Shown one piece after another: positions 8,936-18,900 of a stretch of 64,000 bases of DNA. Numbering within the stretch: position 1 is the stretch's first letter; the number at the start of each line of letters is the position of its first letter. Position numbers and translations under genes: made by a program. The notes below the pieces were generated by a model. The model saw nothing but the letters and a program-made list of their open reading frames with translations. It was not told the origin of the DNA and searched no databases. Location: contig OZ245365.1 of NCBI GenBank assembly GCA_965226495.1, positions 4,832,001 through 4,896,000 on the forward strand, written 5' to 3'. This DNA is from Candidatus Marinacidobacterales bacterium. GTDB taxonomy: Bacteria > Acidobacteriota > Vicinamibacteria > Marinacidobacterales > DATDRI01.

Positions 8936-11900
8936 CTACCGGCCACGCTCGAATACCGAGTAGACGACCGGAATGAGGAGGAGTGTCAGCGCGGTAGAAG
9001 TCACGAGTCCGCCGATGACGGTGAGAGCCATGGGCGAGCGAAGCTCACTGCCCTCTCCGAGGCCGAGCGCCATCGGGAAGAGCCCGAGGACTGTAGTAGA
9101 AGTCGTCATCAAGATTGGCCGCAGTCGCGCTTGTCCGGCGTTTCGGAGTGCTTCCAACTTCGACTGCCCCTTCCGCCTCAGACGGTTGGTGTAGTCCACC
9201 AAGATGATGGCGTTGTTCACGACGATGCCCGCCAGCAGGATGACGCCGATGAGCACGACGATGCTGACGGTAACCTGAAAAAGATAGAGCGTTATCAGCA
9301 CTCCTATGAGGGAGAAAGGCACGCTGAACAAAATGACGAATGGATGAAGGAGCGATTCGAACTGCGATGCCATAACCAGGTAAACCATGAAGACCGCCAA
9401 CAAAATGGCAAAACGCATGCTCTGAAAAGACGTCTCCATCTCTTGCTGTTGCCCGCCCATGCGCCAATCGAACCCCGCGGGGAATGTCATCTGGTTGAGC
9501 GCTTGAAGAATTTCTTCCGAAGCCGAGCCCAGGTCGCGCTCCACGAGATTGGCCGTGATCAGCGCTACCCGATCGCCGTCGCCTCGGCGAATCTCCGCCG
9601 GCCCTTCAGCCTCGACGACTTCCGCGACCGCGGACAAAGGGATCGCCGTAGAGCCCGCGTGGGCAATGTTCAAGTTGGACAGATCGACCGTGCTGTCGCG
9701 GAATCGCTCCTCGGAGCGAAGACGAATGTCGATGGTTCGGTCTTCCCGGTTGATGTCCGTGGCAACGACCCCTAGCACCTTGGCGCGCACGATAGCCGCG
9801 ACGTCGCTCACGTTGTAACCGAACGAAGCGAGCCGGTCTCGATTGAACCGGATTTGCAGCTCCGGGTTACCCCCTTCGGTTGACGACTTGACGTCCACCA
9901 GGCCCGGCATGGTTCGCAAGCGCCCCATCAACTGGTCGGCCAAGCGCCCTAGCAACTTCAGGTTGTAGCCACGGATCTCTACCTCGATGGGAGTCTTGAA
10001 GCTAAAGTACGTGGGACGACCAAACCGATAGAGCATCTCCCCGTCCTGATCCAATGCGGAACGGAGTGACTCCATCAGACCGTCTTCCCTTTCTAGAGTC
10101 GCCGCGCCATCGATGGTGAGGGTAAGCTGCCCGATGTTCTCCCTCCTCTCCCCCGCAACGCCGCCCTGCTCGTTCGAGGCGCCGACGATCGCATAGACCG
10201 TACGCACACCTTCCAATTCCTCCGCAACACTCTCCAGATTAGCGAGGCGCCGGGATGTGACATCGAGGTGAGTGCCCGGAGGAAGCTCGGTGTTGACGAA
10301 GAACTCCCCTTGTATCAGCTCCGGAACGAGCTCTCGCCCCAGCTGCCCCAACAAGAACAAGCTGCCTGTGAAGAGCATCAATGTGATCAGGATCGTCGCA
10401 ACGCGGCGCCTCAAAACCACATCGAGAGCCCGAGGGTAGTTGAGAGTCACGAGCCCAAACGCCTTATCGAACCCTTTGGATGGGAGAAAAAGGATTCCGT
10501 AGATCACCGCACTTACGCTACGACCCACGACCTTAACGACCTGCACCAGGACCACTCCGAGGCGAAACGACTTCTCGCTGAGCCAGCGCCGCAATGAAGA
10601 TAGTTCGTGCTGAGACGCATCCTCCGGGACGCTCTGGTTCCATTCCCGCGAGGCCAGCATGGGAATGAGTGTCAAAGCCACGAAAAGCGAGACCCCTAGT
10701 GAGAACGCCACCGTGAGCGCCTGGTCGCCAAAGAGCTGTCCTGCCACACCCTCTACGAAGACGATGGGCACGAACACGCAAATCGTGGTGAGGGTACTGG
10801 CCACCACCGCCTGCCCCACCTCGCCGGCCCCGACCCGAGCCGCCTCCACGGCGTCGAGGCCTTCTTCCCGTTTCCGTTGAATCGATTCCAGAACAACGAT
10901 GGAGTTGTCCACCAGGAGACCAATACCCAGGGTAAGTCCTCCGAGGGACATGATGTTCAGCGATATGCCTGTGACGTACATCAAGAAAAACGTCGCCACC
11001 ACCGAAATGGGTATCGAGACTCCGATGATGGCCGTAGATTGGATGTTCCGAAGGAAAAGGAGGAGGATCAGAATGGCAAGGCTCCCCCCGATGACGGCAG
11101 TCTGCATCACCTCCTGGATCGACTGACGGATGTATCGAGCCTGATCGGTAATGACGGTGAATTGGAGATTTGGATCGAGCTGTGCCAGTTTCTGTCGGAC
11201 TTCCTCGAATCGCTCGGTGACGTCGCTCACCACGGTAACGGAATTCGTCCCACCTTCCTTGTAGACGCCGATCTCGACGCTCTCCCGGCCATTGATTCGA
11301 GTAATGACTTCTCGTTCTTTGTGTCCTTGGTATATACGGGCGATGTCTTCCAGACGTACCATCGCGCCGCCGGAGCTGTCCACGATGATCTGTCTCATGT
11401 CCGATGGGCGCTCGAACTCATTGATGGTGCGAACGAGATACTCGGTTTGGCCATCCTCCAAACGGCCGCCGGTAAGGTTGACGTTCTCTTGTGCCAACCG
11501 CGTGACTACTTCATTGATGCCCAACCCGAGGCCGGCAACGCGACGCTCGTCGATCTCGACATGGATCTCTTCTTCGAGACCGCCATTGACCAAGACCGCG
11601 GCCACGCCCTCCACACGCTCGAGTAAACGCTTCACCTCCTGCTCGGCGACGAGGCGAACCCGGATCAAGTCATCGTCACCGTAGAGACCAATGCGCATCA
11701 CCGGATCCAGAGAAGGATCGTAGCGAAGCAATATCGGCCGATCGGCATCGTCCGGCAGTTCCACCACATCCAACCGCTCGCGGACGTCGAGGGCGGCGAG
11801 ATCCATGTTGGTGTCCCAGCCAAACTCCAGAATGATCTCGCTGACGTTCATCCGCGAACTAGAGGAGACCTTCACCACGTTGTTCACCACGCCCACGGCA

Positions 11901-12106
11901 TTTTCGAGAGGCTTGGTGATCAAAGCCTCCACCTCAGTGGGCGCAACCCCTTCGTACTCGGTCCGCACCGTCAGAGAGGGGTAAGTGATCTCCGGGAGGA
12001 GATCGACCGCCAGATCGTCGAAGGCCACCAGTCCGAAAACCACCGCGGCAGCCGAAAAGACGAACACCGTGACGGGCCGGCGGATGGAGAAGTCGACGAT
12101 TCTCAT
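8936..12106 (-). CDS. RND efflux permease (AcrB/MdtB/SwrC-like)
   Basis: 1056 aa; LVDNSIVVLE, GIVVNNAI, RLRPILMT motifs. Confidence 0.95.
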   Translation of the reverse strand: MRIVDFSIRRPVTVFVFSAAAVVFGLVAFDDLAVDLLPEITYPSLTVRTEYEGVAPTEVEALITKPLENAVGVVNNVVKVSSSSRMNVSEIILEFGWDTNMDLAALDVRERLDVVELPDDADRPILLRYDPSLDPVMRIGLYGDDDLIRVRLVAEQEVKRLLERVEGVAAVLVNGGLEEEIHVEIDERRVAGLGLGINEVVTRLAQENVNLTGGRLEDGQTEYLVRTINEFERPSDMRQIIVDSSGGAMVRLEDIARIYQGHKEREVITRINGRESVEIGVYKEGGTNSVTVVSDVTERFEEVRQKLAQLDPNLQFTVITDQARYIRQSIQEVMQTAVIGGSLAILILLLFLRNIQSTAIIGVSIPISVVATFFLMYVTGISLNIMSLGGLTLGIGLLVDNSIVVLESIQRKREEGLDAVEAARVGAGEVGQAVVASTLTTICVFVPIVFVEGVAGQLFGDQALTVAFSLGVSLFVALTLIPMLASREWNQSVPEDASQHELSSLRRWLSEKSFRLGVVLVQVVKVVGRSVSAVIYGILFLPSKGFDKAFGLVTLNYPRALDVVLRRRVATILITLMLFTGSLFLLGQLGRELVPELIQGEFFVNTELPPGTHLDVTSRRLANLESVAEELEGVRTVYAIVGASNEQGGVAGERRENIGQLTLTIDGAATLEREDGLMESLRSALDQDGEMLYRFGRPTYFSFKTPIEVEIRGYNLKLLGRLADQLMGRLRTMPGLVDVKSSTEGGNPELQIRFNRDRLASFGYNVSDVAAIVRAKVLGVVATDINREDRTIDIRLRSEERFRDSTVDLSNLNIAHAGSTAIPLSAVAEVVEAEGPAEIRRGDGDRVALITANLVERDLGSASEEILQALNQMTFPAGFDWRMGGQQQEMETSFQSMRFAILLAVFMVYLVMASQFESLLHPFVILFSVPFSLIGVLITLYLFQVTVSIVVLIGVILLAGIVVNNAIILVDYTNRLRRKGQSKLEALRNAGQARLRPILMTTSTTVLGLFPMALGLGEGSELRSPMALTVIGGLVTSTALTLLLIPVVYSVFERGR

Positions 12107-12127
12107 AGAGGCGTAAAGGGAGGGGAG

Positions 12128-13483
12128 CTAGGGTTGTGTTTTACCGAGACGCTCGCTCAGCGCCTTTTCGATCTGTTCGGCGCTCATACCGCGTTGGCGC
12201 ATGCGCTCTTTCATTTGCTCCAACTGCTCCGGGGTCATCTTGGAGGGGTCCATTCTCCCCGTGCGCTGGCCGGAGCCCCGCAATTCCGAGTCTCCCCCGG
12301 CACCGGAACTCCCGCCTAGGGCGACAGCTTGTCCCGCGCCGGGCGCCCGGGGAGGGACTGCCGCAAGGGGTTCCGCACCGGGGCCCTTGAGAACGAAGAC
12401 CGGAGTACCGTCGCTCAAACCGTCTTGGCCAACGACCACCACGCGGTCCTCTTCCCCGAGCCCGGAAAGGACTTCAACGAAGTCCGACTCTTCGAACCCG
12501 AGCCCGATGTCCCGCCGTTCCGCCAGCCCCTCGTTGACCACGTAGACGGTGTCGCCGAGGCTTTCAAGGGACAAAGCCGACTTGGGAATGACGAGGGCGT
12601 CGGCATGAAAATCGCGCACCAAATAGACGCTCGCGAACATTCCCGGCGAGAGTTTTCCCCTCGCCTTCACTTGTAGCGTCACCTCGATCGTACCGGTATC
12701 GGCATTCACTACCGGGCGAATCCGTAGCACGCGTGCCGAGAACCGCTCCCCAGGCCAAGCCTCAACAGTGATGTAGGCAGTTTGGGACACCTTCAGGTTC
12801 GACAGCTCCTTCTCCGGAACCTGGATCGGGCAAAGAAGAGGATCGAAGTCCGAGAGACGGAAGAGCTTTTGATGAGTGGTGACGTTCTCCGCGAACTTGA
12901 TGTACCTCTCGATGATGATTCCGGCGAACGGCGCTTCGATTTTCGAGTAGCCGAGTAGAATCTGACTCCCCTCGAGCTGAGCCTCCGCCGACTCCAACCT
13001 GGTCAGTGTCTGGTCGTAGACCTCCTGGCTGATCACGCTCTCCTCGAAGGAGGCCTTGGCGCGTTCGTGGGTGCGCTTTGCCTCCACGACGGCGACTCGG
13101 GCAATGCCGACCTGCGCCTGCAACTCTTCGTCATCGATCCGTGCCAGAAGCTGTCCCTTCTCGACGACCATCCCTTCCTCGACTAGAAGCTCCACCACCG
13201 GCCCCGCGGTCCGGGCAACGATGTCGACCTCGTTTTCGGCTTCCAACGTTCCGTTCGTCTCGATGAAGGAGGATATCGATCGTCGTTCGGGTTGGGCGAC
13301 CTCGATCGGAACGCCCGCGTCGGTCTCCGGGGAACCCTCGCGGTTACCTTCCCTTCCTCCCCCCGGTCCGGAAGCCCCGTGCCCACCCCCTCCGTGCGGG
13401 CTGTCAGATGGCTTGTCGCCGCCGCAGGCGAGTAGGCTCCACACGATTGCGATCGCAGAAATGTACTGGCCGTGTTTCGTCAT
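12128..13483 (-). CDS. RND periplasmic adaptor (membrane fusion protein), lipoprotein
   Basis: Lipobox LLAC; lipoyl/hairpin pattern VEEGMVVEKGQLLARID...IEAPFAG; PGMF; SGL.E.DRVVVVG. Confidence 0.92.
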   Translation of the reverse strand: MTKHGQYISAIAIVWSLLACGGDKPSDSPHGGGGHGASGPGGGREGNREGSPETDAGVPIEVAQPERRSISSFIETNGTLEAENEVDIVARTAGPVVELLVEEGMVVEKGQLLARIDDEELQAQVGIARVAVVEAKRTHERAKASFEESVISQEVYDQTLTRLESAEAQLEGSQILLGYSKIEAPFAGIIIERYIKFAENVTTHQKLFRLSDFDPLLCPIQVPEKELSNLKVSQTAYITVEAWPGERFSARVLRIRPVVNADTGTIEVTLQVKARGKLSPGMFASVYLVRDFHADALVIPKSALSLESLGDTVYVVNEGLAERRDIGLGFEESDFVEVLSGLGEEDRVVVVGQDGLSDGTPVFVLKGPGAEPLAAVPPRAPGAGQAVALGGSSGAGGDSELRGSGQRTGRMDPSKMTPEQLEQMKERMRQRGMSAEQIEKALSERLGKTQP

Positions 13484-13503
13484 TCTTTCTTCTGGGTCCT
13501 CTC

Positions 13504-16500
13504 TCAGGCAGCGCGGATGACGCGTTGCCAATATACGGCGAAATCATCGACCAGCGAATAGATCGTGGGGATAATCACTAGCGTCAGGAAAGTGGAAGTG
13601 GTCAGGCCTCCCAAGATCACGAGACCCACCGGCGCCCAGTTGCCCGCCCAACCTTCCGGGCTCCCTAACCAACTTGGAAAGATCACCGGCGCGACCATCG
13701 GGGTCAGACCGAGAATCGTGGTCAATGCGGTCATTAGAATGGGGCGCAGTCGGTGCCTGCCCCCGGTAACGATGGCCTCGTTGCGGCTCATCCCCTGCCA
13801 ACGAAGATGATTGATGTGGTCGATGAGCACGATTGCGTTGTTCACGACCACCCCGACGAGAATGATCAAACCGAGATTGGTCATGTTATCGAGCGGCTGG
13901 TTCGTCAACTTCAGAATCACACCCACTCCGATGAAGGCGAATGGGATCGAGAACATGATGGTCAGTGGCTGCACGAAACTCTCGAAGAGCGCAGCCATGA
14001 TCAAATAGATCAAAAGCAGCGCGAAGATGATCCCAAACCGAGCACTGCCCATATCCGATTGAGCCCACCGCTCCCACCTCCCGAAGGTCCAGCTATACCC
14101 GGGCGGCAAATTTATCGAATCGGTAATCCCGCGCACCTCTTCCATCATTCGGAAGGAAGTTCCCTGCGAAGTCGTATTAGCGGTAACAGTTATCTTGGGC
14201 CGTCGGTCGACCCGCTCGATCGTTCGTGCGCTTTCTTCGATCCGGAACTCGGCCAACGCATCGATGGGCAGCACCGCTTCCCCTGAGAAGATGGGGGTTT
14301 TCTTGAGCTGGTCCAGCGTCTCCCGATCCTCTTCGCGAAACTGCATCACCACATCGATTTCCCGATCATCGCTTTTCAATCGGGTTACTGGCCGGGACGA
14401 CAGCGCGTTGTTGATAGTGAAAGCGACGGCGCGGGTCGAAAGCCCAGCCTGAAGCGCCCTCTCTCGATCCACCTCGACGCGAATTTCGTCGTCGCCGCTT
14501 TCGAGCGAGGAATCGACATCTCGCACCCAGGGTAGAGCCTCCAACGCCGCGACGACCTTCTCGGAAAGAAGCTCGAGGACCGCCATGTCATCACCCATGA
14601 TCTCCATCGAGATGCCGAACCTGCCGCCGCCGTGGCCGGAGCTACTGGCGATCTTGAAGTTCACTCCGGCCTTGACCGGCATGACGGCCCGGATGCGCTC
14701 CCGGGCTTCGCGGGTCGTGAGCCTGGCCTCTTCCTCCCCAACCAGAAAGATGTCGAATTTCTTGGAACCTCCCCAACCACCCCTCGAACGTCCACCACGG
14801 CGCGAGTACTCATACACGATGTCCGAGATGTCCAGATCTTCTCTTCGCTGGTCGAGGATGTCGGCCACCTCCGCATAGAGAGCCTGCGTTTGCTCGAAGG
14901 CGTAGTGGCGTGGGGTATCGAGATAGATCGTAACCTGCCTTTCCATGCTGCGAGGAGAAAAGGTTCGCTCGATGGTCCCAAACAAAGCCCAGGAGCCATA
15001 GAGCATTGCAACGATGCCAACGATAAAGAAGGTCCGGTGCCGTAGCGAAAAACCAATAATGTAACCGTACCCCCGCGTCATCGACTCCACCATTTGCGAC
15101 CCGCGCGGTGCTTCACCCCGGAGAAGAACCGCGGCCACCATCGGCACCACAGTAAGAGCGACCAAGAGCGAGGACACCATCACAACCACGATGGTGGTCC
15201 CGATGTCGGTCATGAATCGCATGAAGCCGCCACCCAGAGAGCCCAAAAAAATCAACGGAACGAAGACGCAGATGGTGGTCAAGGTGGAGGCCATGATGGG
15301 CATGGCCACCTCGCTGGTGCCCTGCAATGCCGCAGTGCGAGCGTCTTCCCCAAGTTCTTCGTGGTGACGGAAGATTGATTCGATGACTACGATGGAGTTA
15401 TCGACCAGCATCCCGAGAGCCAACATCAACCCCATCAAGCTGATGATGTTGATAGTGATCTCGCTGAACTCGAGCTGGCGCATGAAATACAAGATGACGA
15501 AAGTGAGCACGACGGAGAGAGGAATGGATATAGCTACCAGGAGCGTCGTCCTGAGGCGTCGGAGAAAGACGAAAATAAAAGCGATCGCCAACGCGCCACC
15601 CAGAATCCCGGCATTGCGAAGCTGCCCCAATCCTTTTCGTACATCCACCGACGAATCGCGGTAATAACGGACCGACAGTCCCGCCGCCCGTGGCATCGAC
15701 TTGATCTCTTCCATCTCGACCTTGACCCTATCCACCACCTCCAGCAAATTAGCAGTCGACGCCTTGTAAACACGAGCGGTGAGGGCCTCCCCATCGTTCA
15801 GGAAGTTGAACTCGTCCTGTCGCGGGTAGGTGTATTCCACGTCGGCCACATCACCCAGCCGAACTCCATTGACGGGAAGGTTCCGGACCTCTTTCGCCGT
15901 CTCGAACTCTCCCAGCGAGCGCACCAGGAGCTTGCGCGAGCCTTCCTTGATGAAGCCCCCCGATAGGTTGTAGTTGTTGTTTCGGAGGACGTCCGCCAGG
16001 CCCCGGACGTCCAGGCCGTGCGCGCGCATCCGCGCCGGGTTGATCCGGACTTGGAGCTCTCTCTTCTTCAGGCCCCCAATCTCGATCTGGGCTACCCCTT
16101 CGAGCCGCTCCAAGCGTCGCTGCAGCACGTTCTCGACGAAGTCATGGAGCTGGTCCTTGTCCCAGTCGGCGCTCACGTGAAAACGAAGGACGGGAATATC
16201 CGAACTCTGGAAGCGTCGGATCTCGATCCGCCTCAAGTCGTCGGGGAGCAAGTTTCGGACGCGGTCGATCCGATCGCGAACTTCGACCGCCGCCAAATCC
16301 ATGTCGGTGCCATCCACGAAACTGATGCTCACACTACCTTGATTGGCCGAGGCGGTGGCAGTTAACGTATCGATCCCGTTGACGGTGCCGAGAATGTCCT
16401 CGAGCGGCCTCACGATCAACCGCTCCACTTCATCGGGCGACGAAGACTCATACGGTGCCCGCACCCATATGCTGGAGGAAGCGAAAGCGGGGAGGAACTC

Positions 16501-16611
16501 CAGCGGGAGACGAGTGAGAGAGAGCCAGCCCATCACGATGATACCCATGATCGCCATGCTCATCGTGACGCGCCGCTCTACTGCGAAACGCGCGATTGGA
16601 TTGATCCTCAT
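13504..16611 (-). CDS. Second RND efflux permease
   Basis: 1035 aa; LVDNSIVVIE, GVVVNNAIVL, RLRPILMT motifs. Confidence 0.95.
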   Translation of the reverse strand: MRINPIARFAVERRVTMSMAIMGIIVMGWLSLTRLPLEFLPAFASSSIWVRAPYESSSPDEVERLIVRPLEDILGTVNGIDTLTATASANQGSVSISFVDGTDMDLAAVEVRDRIDRVRNLLPDDLRRIEIRRFQSSDIPVLRFHVSADWDKDQLHDFVENVLQRRLERLEGVAQIEIGGLKKRELQVRINPARMRAHGLDVRGLADVLRNNNYNLSGGFIKEGSRKLLVRSLGEFETAKEVRNLPVNGVRLGDVADVEYTYPRQDEFNFLNDGEALTARVYKASTANLLEVVDRVKVEMEEIKSMPRAAGLSVRYYRDSSVDVRKGLGQLRNAGILGGALAIAFIFVFLRRLRTTLLVAISIPLSVVLTFVILYFMRQLEFSEITINIISLMGLMLALGMLVDNSIVVIESIFRHHEELGEDARTAALQGTSEVAMPIMASTLTTICVFVPLIFLGSLGGGFMRFMTDIGTTIVVVMVSSLLVALTVVPMVAAVLLRGEAPRGSQMVESMTRGYGYIIGFSLRHRTFFIVGIVAMLYGSWALFGTIERTFSPRSMERQVTIYLDTPRHYAFEQTQALYAEVADILDQRREDLDISDIVYEYSRRGGRSRGGWGGSKKFDIFLVGEEEARLTTREARERIRAVMPVKAGVNFKIASSSGHGGGRFGISMEIMGDDMAVLELLSEKVVAALEALPWVRDVDSSLESGDDEIRVEVDRERALQAGLSTRAVAFTINNALSSRPVTRLKSDDREIDVVMQFREEDRETLDQLKKTPIFSGEAVLPIDALAEFRIEESARTIERVDRRPKITVTANTTSQGTSFRMMEEVRGITDSINLPPGYSWTFGRWERWAQSDMGSARFGIIFALLLIYLIMAALFESFVQPLTIMFSIPFAFIGVGVILKLTNQPLDNMTNLGLIILVGVVVNNAIVLIDHINHLRWQGMSRNEAIVTGGRHRLRPILMTALTTILGLTPMVAPVIFPSWLGSPEGWAGNWAPVGLVILGGLTTSTFLTLVIIPTIYSLVDDFAVYWQRVIRAA

Positions 16612-16991
16612 CGTTCCTGATGCCTCTGCTTACGTTTCTCGTCTTCGCGCGCCACCATCTCGTCGAACTTCTCTTTCTGCTCCGGATTCAGTAGCACACG
16701 AATGTCTTGCCTAAACTCCTGTCGCAATGTGTCGAAAGCGGCTCGGGACTCGCTCCAAAACGCGTGGGCACGCTCGCGATTGGACGCGATCGTTTTCTCG
16801 AGTGCGGCCTTCTGCTCCGCATCGAGGTCGAGCTCATGGGTGAGCTTCGCTAAAAGCTTGGCACCCCGCTCCCCATGTCGGTGAGAGCTCTCGCTCTCGA
16901 GCAACAGCCGATCGAGGGCCACTCCCAAACCCATTCCAACGATGAGCGTCAACCCGAGCGCCACCCACATCCATTTACGAGACGATGTCAT
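16608..16991 (-). CDS. Membrane-anchored periplasmic helical protein (Spy/CpxP or heavy-metal-sensor-like)
   Basis: N-terminal TM helix; ELDLDAEQ and LLNPEQKEKF (LTxEQ-like) repeats; ATGA overlap with the permease. Confidence 0.75.
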   Translation of the reverse strand: MTSSRKWMWVALGLTLIVGMGLGVALDRLLLESESSHRHGERGAKLLAKLTHELDLDAEQKAALEKTIASNRERAHAFWSESRAAFDTLRQEFRQDIRVLLNPEQKEKFDEMVAREDEKRKQRHQER

Positions 16992-17021
16992 TTAGATTGC
17001 CTCACTCCGGGCTCGCTCCTT

Positions 17022-17119
17022 CACCCTGCGCGAGGAGCCATCAGCTGTCCCGAAGCCGCTTGCCGGCGAAGGGACGGCGGTGGGGGTGGGGCCCCGCCGC
17101 ACTGATGAAAGGCGCGGTG
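17022..17119 (+). repeat. Structured dispersed repeat, copy 1 (three-way junction)
   Basis: 56/80 ungapped identity (17031-17110) to 23901-23980. Stems CATCAG/CTGATG, TGTCCC/GGGACG, GCCG/CGGC, GCGGTGGGG/CCCCGCCGC. Confidence 0.8.
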
Positions 17120-17136
17120 CATTCTCTCCCCACCTG

Positions 17137-17598
17137 CTAGGGCTCCATTCCCGGGAACGGCTCGAGGGCAATGCTCAGAACCAGATTCTGTAGCGCCGCC
17201 TCCTCGGACACGACGGAAAACCCATTCCCTAGCTCCTGCGCCTCCAGCTCGGTCAAGGCTCCTTCTGTTTCCGAGAGCCATACCGCCGCGATGGCAACCA
17301 GAATGGCGGCCACCGCCAGAGGTACCAGCCGAACCGCCAGCCACTTCCAAAAAAACCTGGGACCCGCAGATCCGAACTCTTCCTCGCGTTTCGCGCCGAA
17401 GCGGGCAATGAATCCTGGATCGGCCTCCGCGGAATCAGCGCCAACCGACAACATCCGGGAGAGGCTTTGCAGCGACTCGAGCTCCTCCTGGCAGGCCGGG
17501 CACGTCTTGATGTGCTCGCGCAACGCCTCACGGTCGTTCGCCGGCAGCTCTCCGTCCAAGAAGGCGGAGTAGAGCGGCTCCCATCGCTCACAGCTCAT
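17137..17598 (-). CDS. Anti-sigma factor with zf-HC2 domain and one TM helix
   Basis: MSCERWEPLYSAFLDGEL...HIKTCPAC (HxxxCxxC); overlaps the 3' end of the ECF gene. Confidence 0.88.
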   Translation of the reverse strand: MSCERWEPLYSAFLDGELPANDREALREHIKTCPACQEELESLQSLSRMLSVGADSAEADPGFIARFGAKREEEFGSAGPRFFWKWLAVRLVPLAVAAILVAIAAVWLSETEGALTELEAQELGNGFSVVSEEAALQNLVLSIALEPFPGMEP

Positions 17599-18181
17599 CG
17601 CTTCCCTCCCTCGCACGCCCAGTCGGTGATCTCAACTCTCGGAGCCGAGACCTGAGCTCCAAGCGGCCCCGGTGCACGCGGATTTGGACCGTTCCCAAGG
17701 GCCACCCGAGAAGCTCCGCAATTTCCCGGTAGGTCATGCCTTCCATTTCTCGCAGTATCAAGGCCGTTCGATACTCCTCACGCATCTCCGAAAGCGCCAT
17801 CGCGACATGCCGTTCCAACTCGTGGGCCGCCGTGAGAGCCTCGGCGGACGTGGTCCGACTCTCATCTAGCTCCAGGCCTCTAATCTCCGCGCTTTCCAGG
17901 GAAATCTCTCCCTTGCGACGAATCCGCCGCAGCTCGTCGTGTGCCCGGTTGATTGCAATCCGGTAGAGCCAAGCCTTGACCGAGGCTCCACCTCGAAACG
18001 TGGCGGCCTTCCGATAGGCTCGCAAGAAAGCATCCTGCGCAACATCCTCGGCTAGCCCCCAATCTCGAACCAAGCCATACGCCAGCTTGCGGAGCGGGGC
18101 TTCGTAGCGCCCGACCAGCGTCTCGAACGCTCGTTCATCACCTGTAAGGAACCGAGAGAGTAATTGCTCGTCCGAATCCAC
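17588..18181 (-). CDS. ECF sigma-70 factor
   Basis: AEDVAQDAF, WLYRIAIN (region 2); YREIAELLGWPLGTVQIRVHRGR (region 4). Confidence 0.93.
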   Translation of the reverse strand: MDSDEQLLSRFLTGDERAFETLVGRYEAPLRKLAYGLVRDWGLAEDVAQDAFLRAYRKAATFRGGASVKAWLYRIAINRAHDELRRIRRKGEISLESAEIRGLELDESRTTSAEALTAAHELERHVAMALSEMREEYRTALILREMEGMTYREIAELLGWPLGTVQIRVHRGRLELRSRLRELRSPTGRAREGSDEL

Positions 18182-18238
18182 GGCCCGCCTCGAGTGTCAA
18201 AACATTGGCGGACTCTGGACATGGCTATCAAAGACAAA

Positions 18239-18265
18239 GACGTCCGCCGTGGCTATTCTATTTCA
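18239..18265 (-). promoter_or_regulatory. Possible ECF autoregulatory promoter
   Basis: Minus strand TGAAAT-N17-CGTC about 60 bp upstream of the ECF start; resembles TGAAAC/CGTC-type ECF promoters. Confidence 0.35.
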
Positions 18266-18281
18266 GGGCAAGTGTGCAGTT

Positions 18282-18326
18282 GCCTGGACGGCCTGGACGG
18301 CCTGCACAGCCTGCACAGCTTGACAG
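18282..18326 (+). repeat. Degenerate 9-bp tandem repeat
   Basis: GCCTGGACG x2, GCCTGCACA x2, GCTTGACAG. Confidence 0.75.
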
Positions 18327-18349
18327 CCCGTAACCCGTCACTATACCGT
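18320..18349 (+). promoter_or_regulatory. Sigma70-like promoter
   Basis: TTGACA-N18-TACCGT upstream of the MaoC gene. Confidence 0.5.
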
Positions 18350-18358
18350 AACTTCCGG

Positions 18359-18383
18359 GCCGCCGCCCGGGCGTGGCTTTTTT
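18359..18383 (+). terminator. Possible intrinsic terminator or attenuator
   Basis: GC hairpin GCCGC...GTGGC followed by T6. Confidence 0.4.
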
Positions 18384-18428
18384 GCGCTCCGGCGTCCAGC
18401 GACCGCCTCTTGATACGAAGGAGTACCC

Positions 18429-18841
18429 TTGGATCTCCGCGTGGTCCAGACCGCCACCCGCAGCATCACCCCCTGACCGAGGAGCACGTGAAGAAGTTCG
18501 CGGAAATCTCGGGCGACTACAATCCCCTCCACTTCAATGAAACCTTCGCCGCTGAGACGAAGTTCGGACGGCTCGTCGTGCAAGGCGGGCTCACAACCGG
18601 GCTGTTGCACGCCCTGGTGGCGATGGACATGCCGGGTCCGGGCACCGTGTTTCTCAGTCAAAACTGGAAGTTCACCGCTCCCGTCTTCATCGGCGACACG
18701 ATTACCGCCGAGGCCGAAGTCACGAGCGTTCACGCATCGAAGCCCGTGACCGGGCTCGCGGTTAAGGTGAGCCGCGCTAATGGGGAGACGGTGCTCGACG
18801 GCGAGGCGTGGTGCTACACCTTTGAGCCGCAGGCCAGGTGA
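18429..18841 (+). pseudogene. MaoC-family (R)-hydratase/dehydratase, frameshifted at a C5 run (18469-18473)
   Basis: AAGGAG RBS + TTG gives MDLRVVQTATRSITP*. The -1 frame continues LTEEHVKKFAEISGDYNPLH...PGPG...FTAPVFIGD. May be a sequencing error. Confidence 0.8.
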
Positions 18842-18900
18842 GTGCTCGGCCGTTACGAGCGCGACATTCCCTTCGTCCGGCTGAAAAGGAAAGCCACCGC

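Noticed and set aside
17102-17111. CTGATGA followed by AAG, resembling a hammerhead ribozyme core
   Set aside because: No stem II between CUGAUGA and GAAA; the motif is paired in the closing stem and copy 2 reads ATGATGG.
18469-18476. CCC-TGA as a programmed +1 frameshift in MaoC
   Set aside because: The downstream frame is -1, not +1, and there is no canonical slippery heptamer; an indel is simpler.
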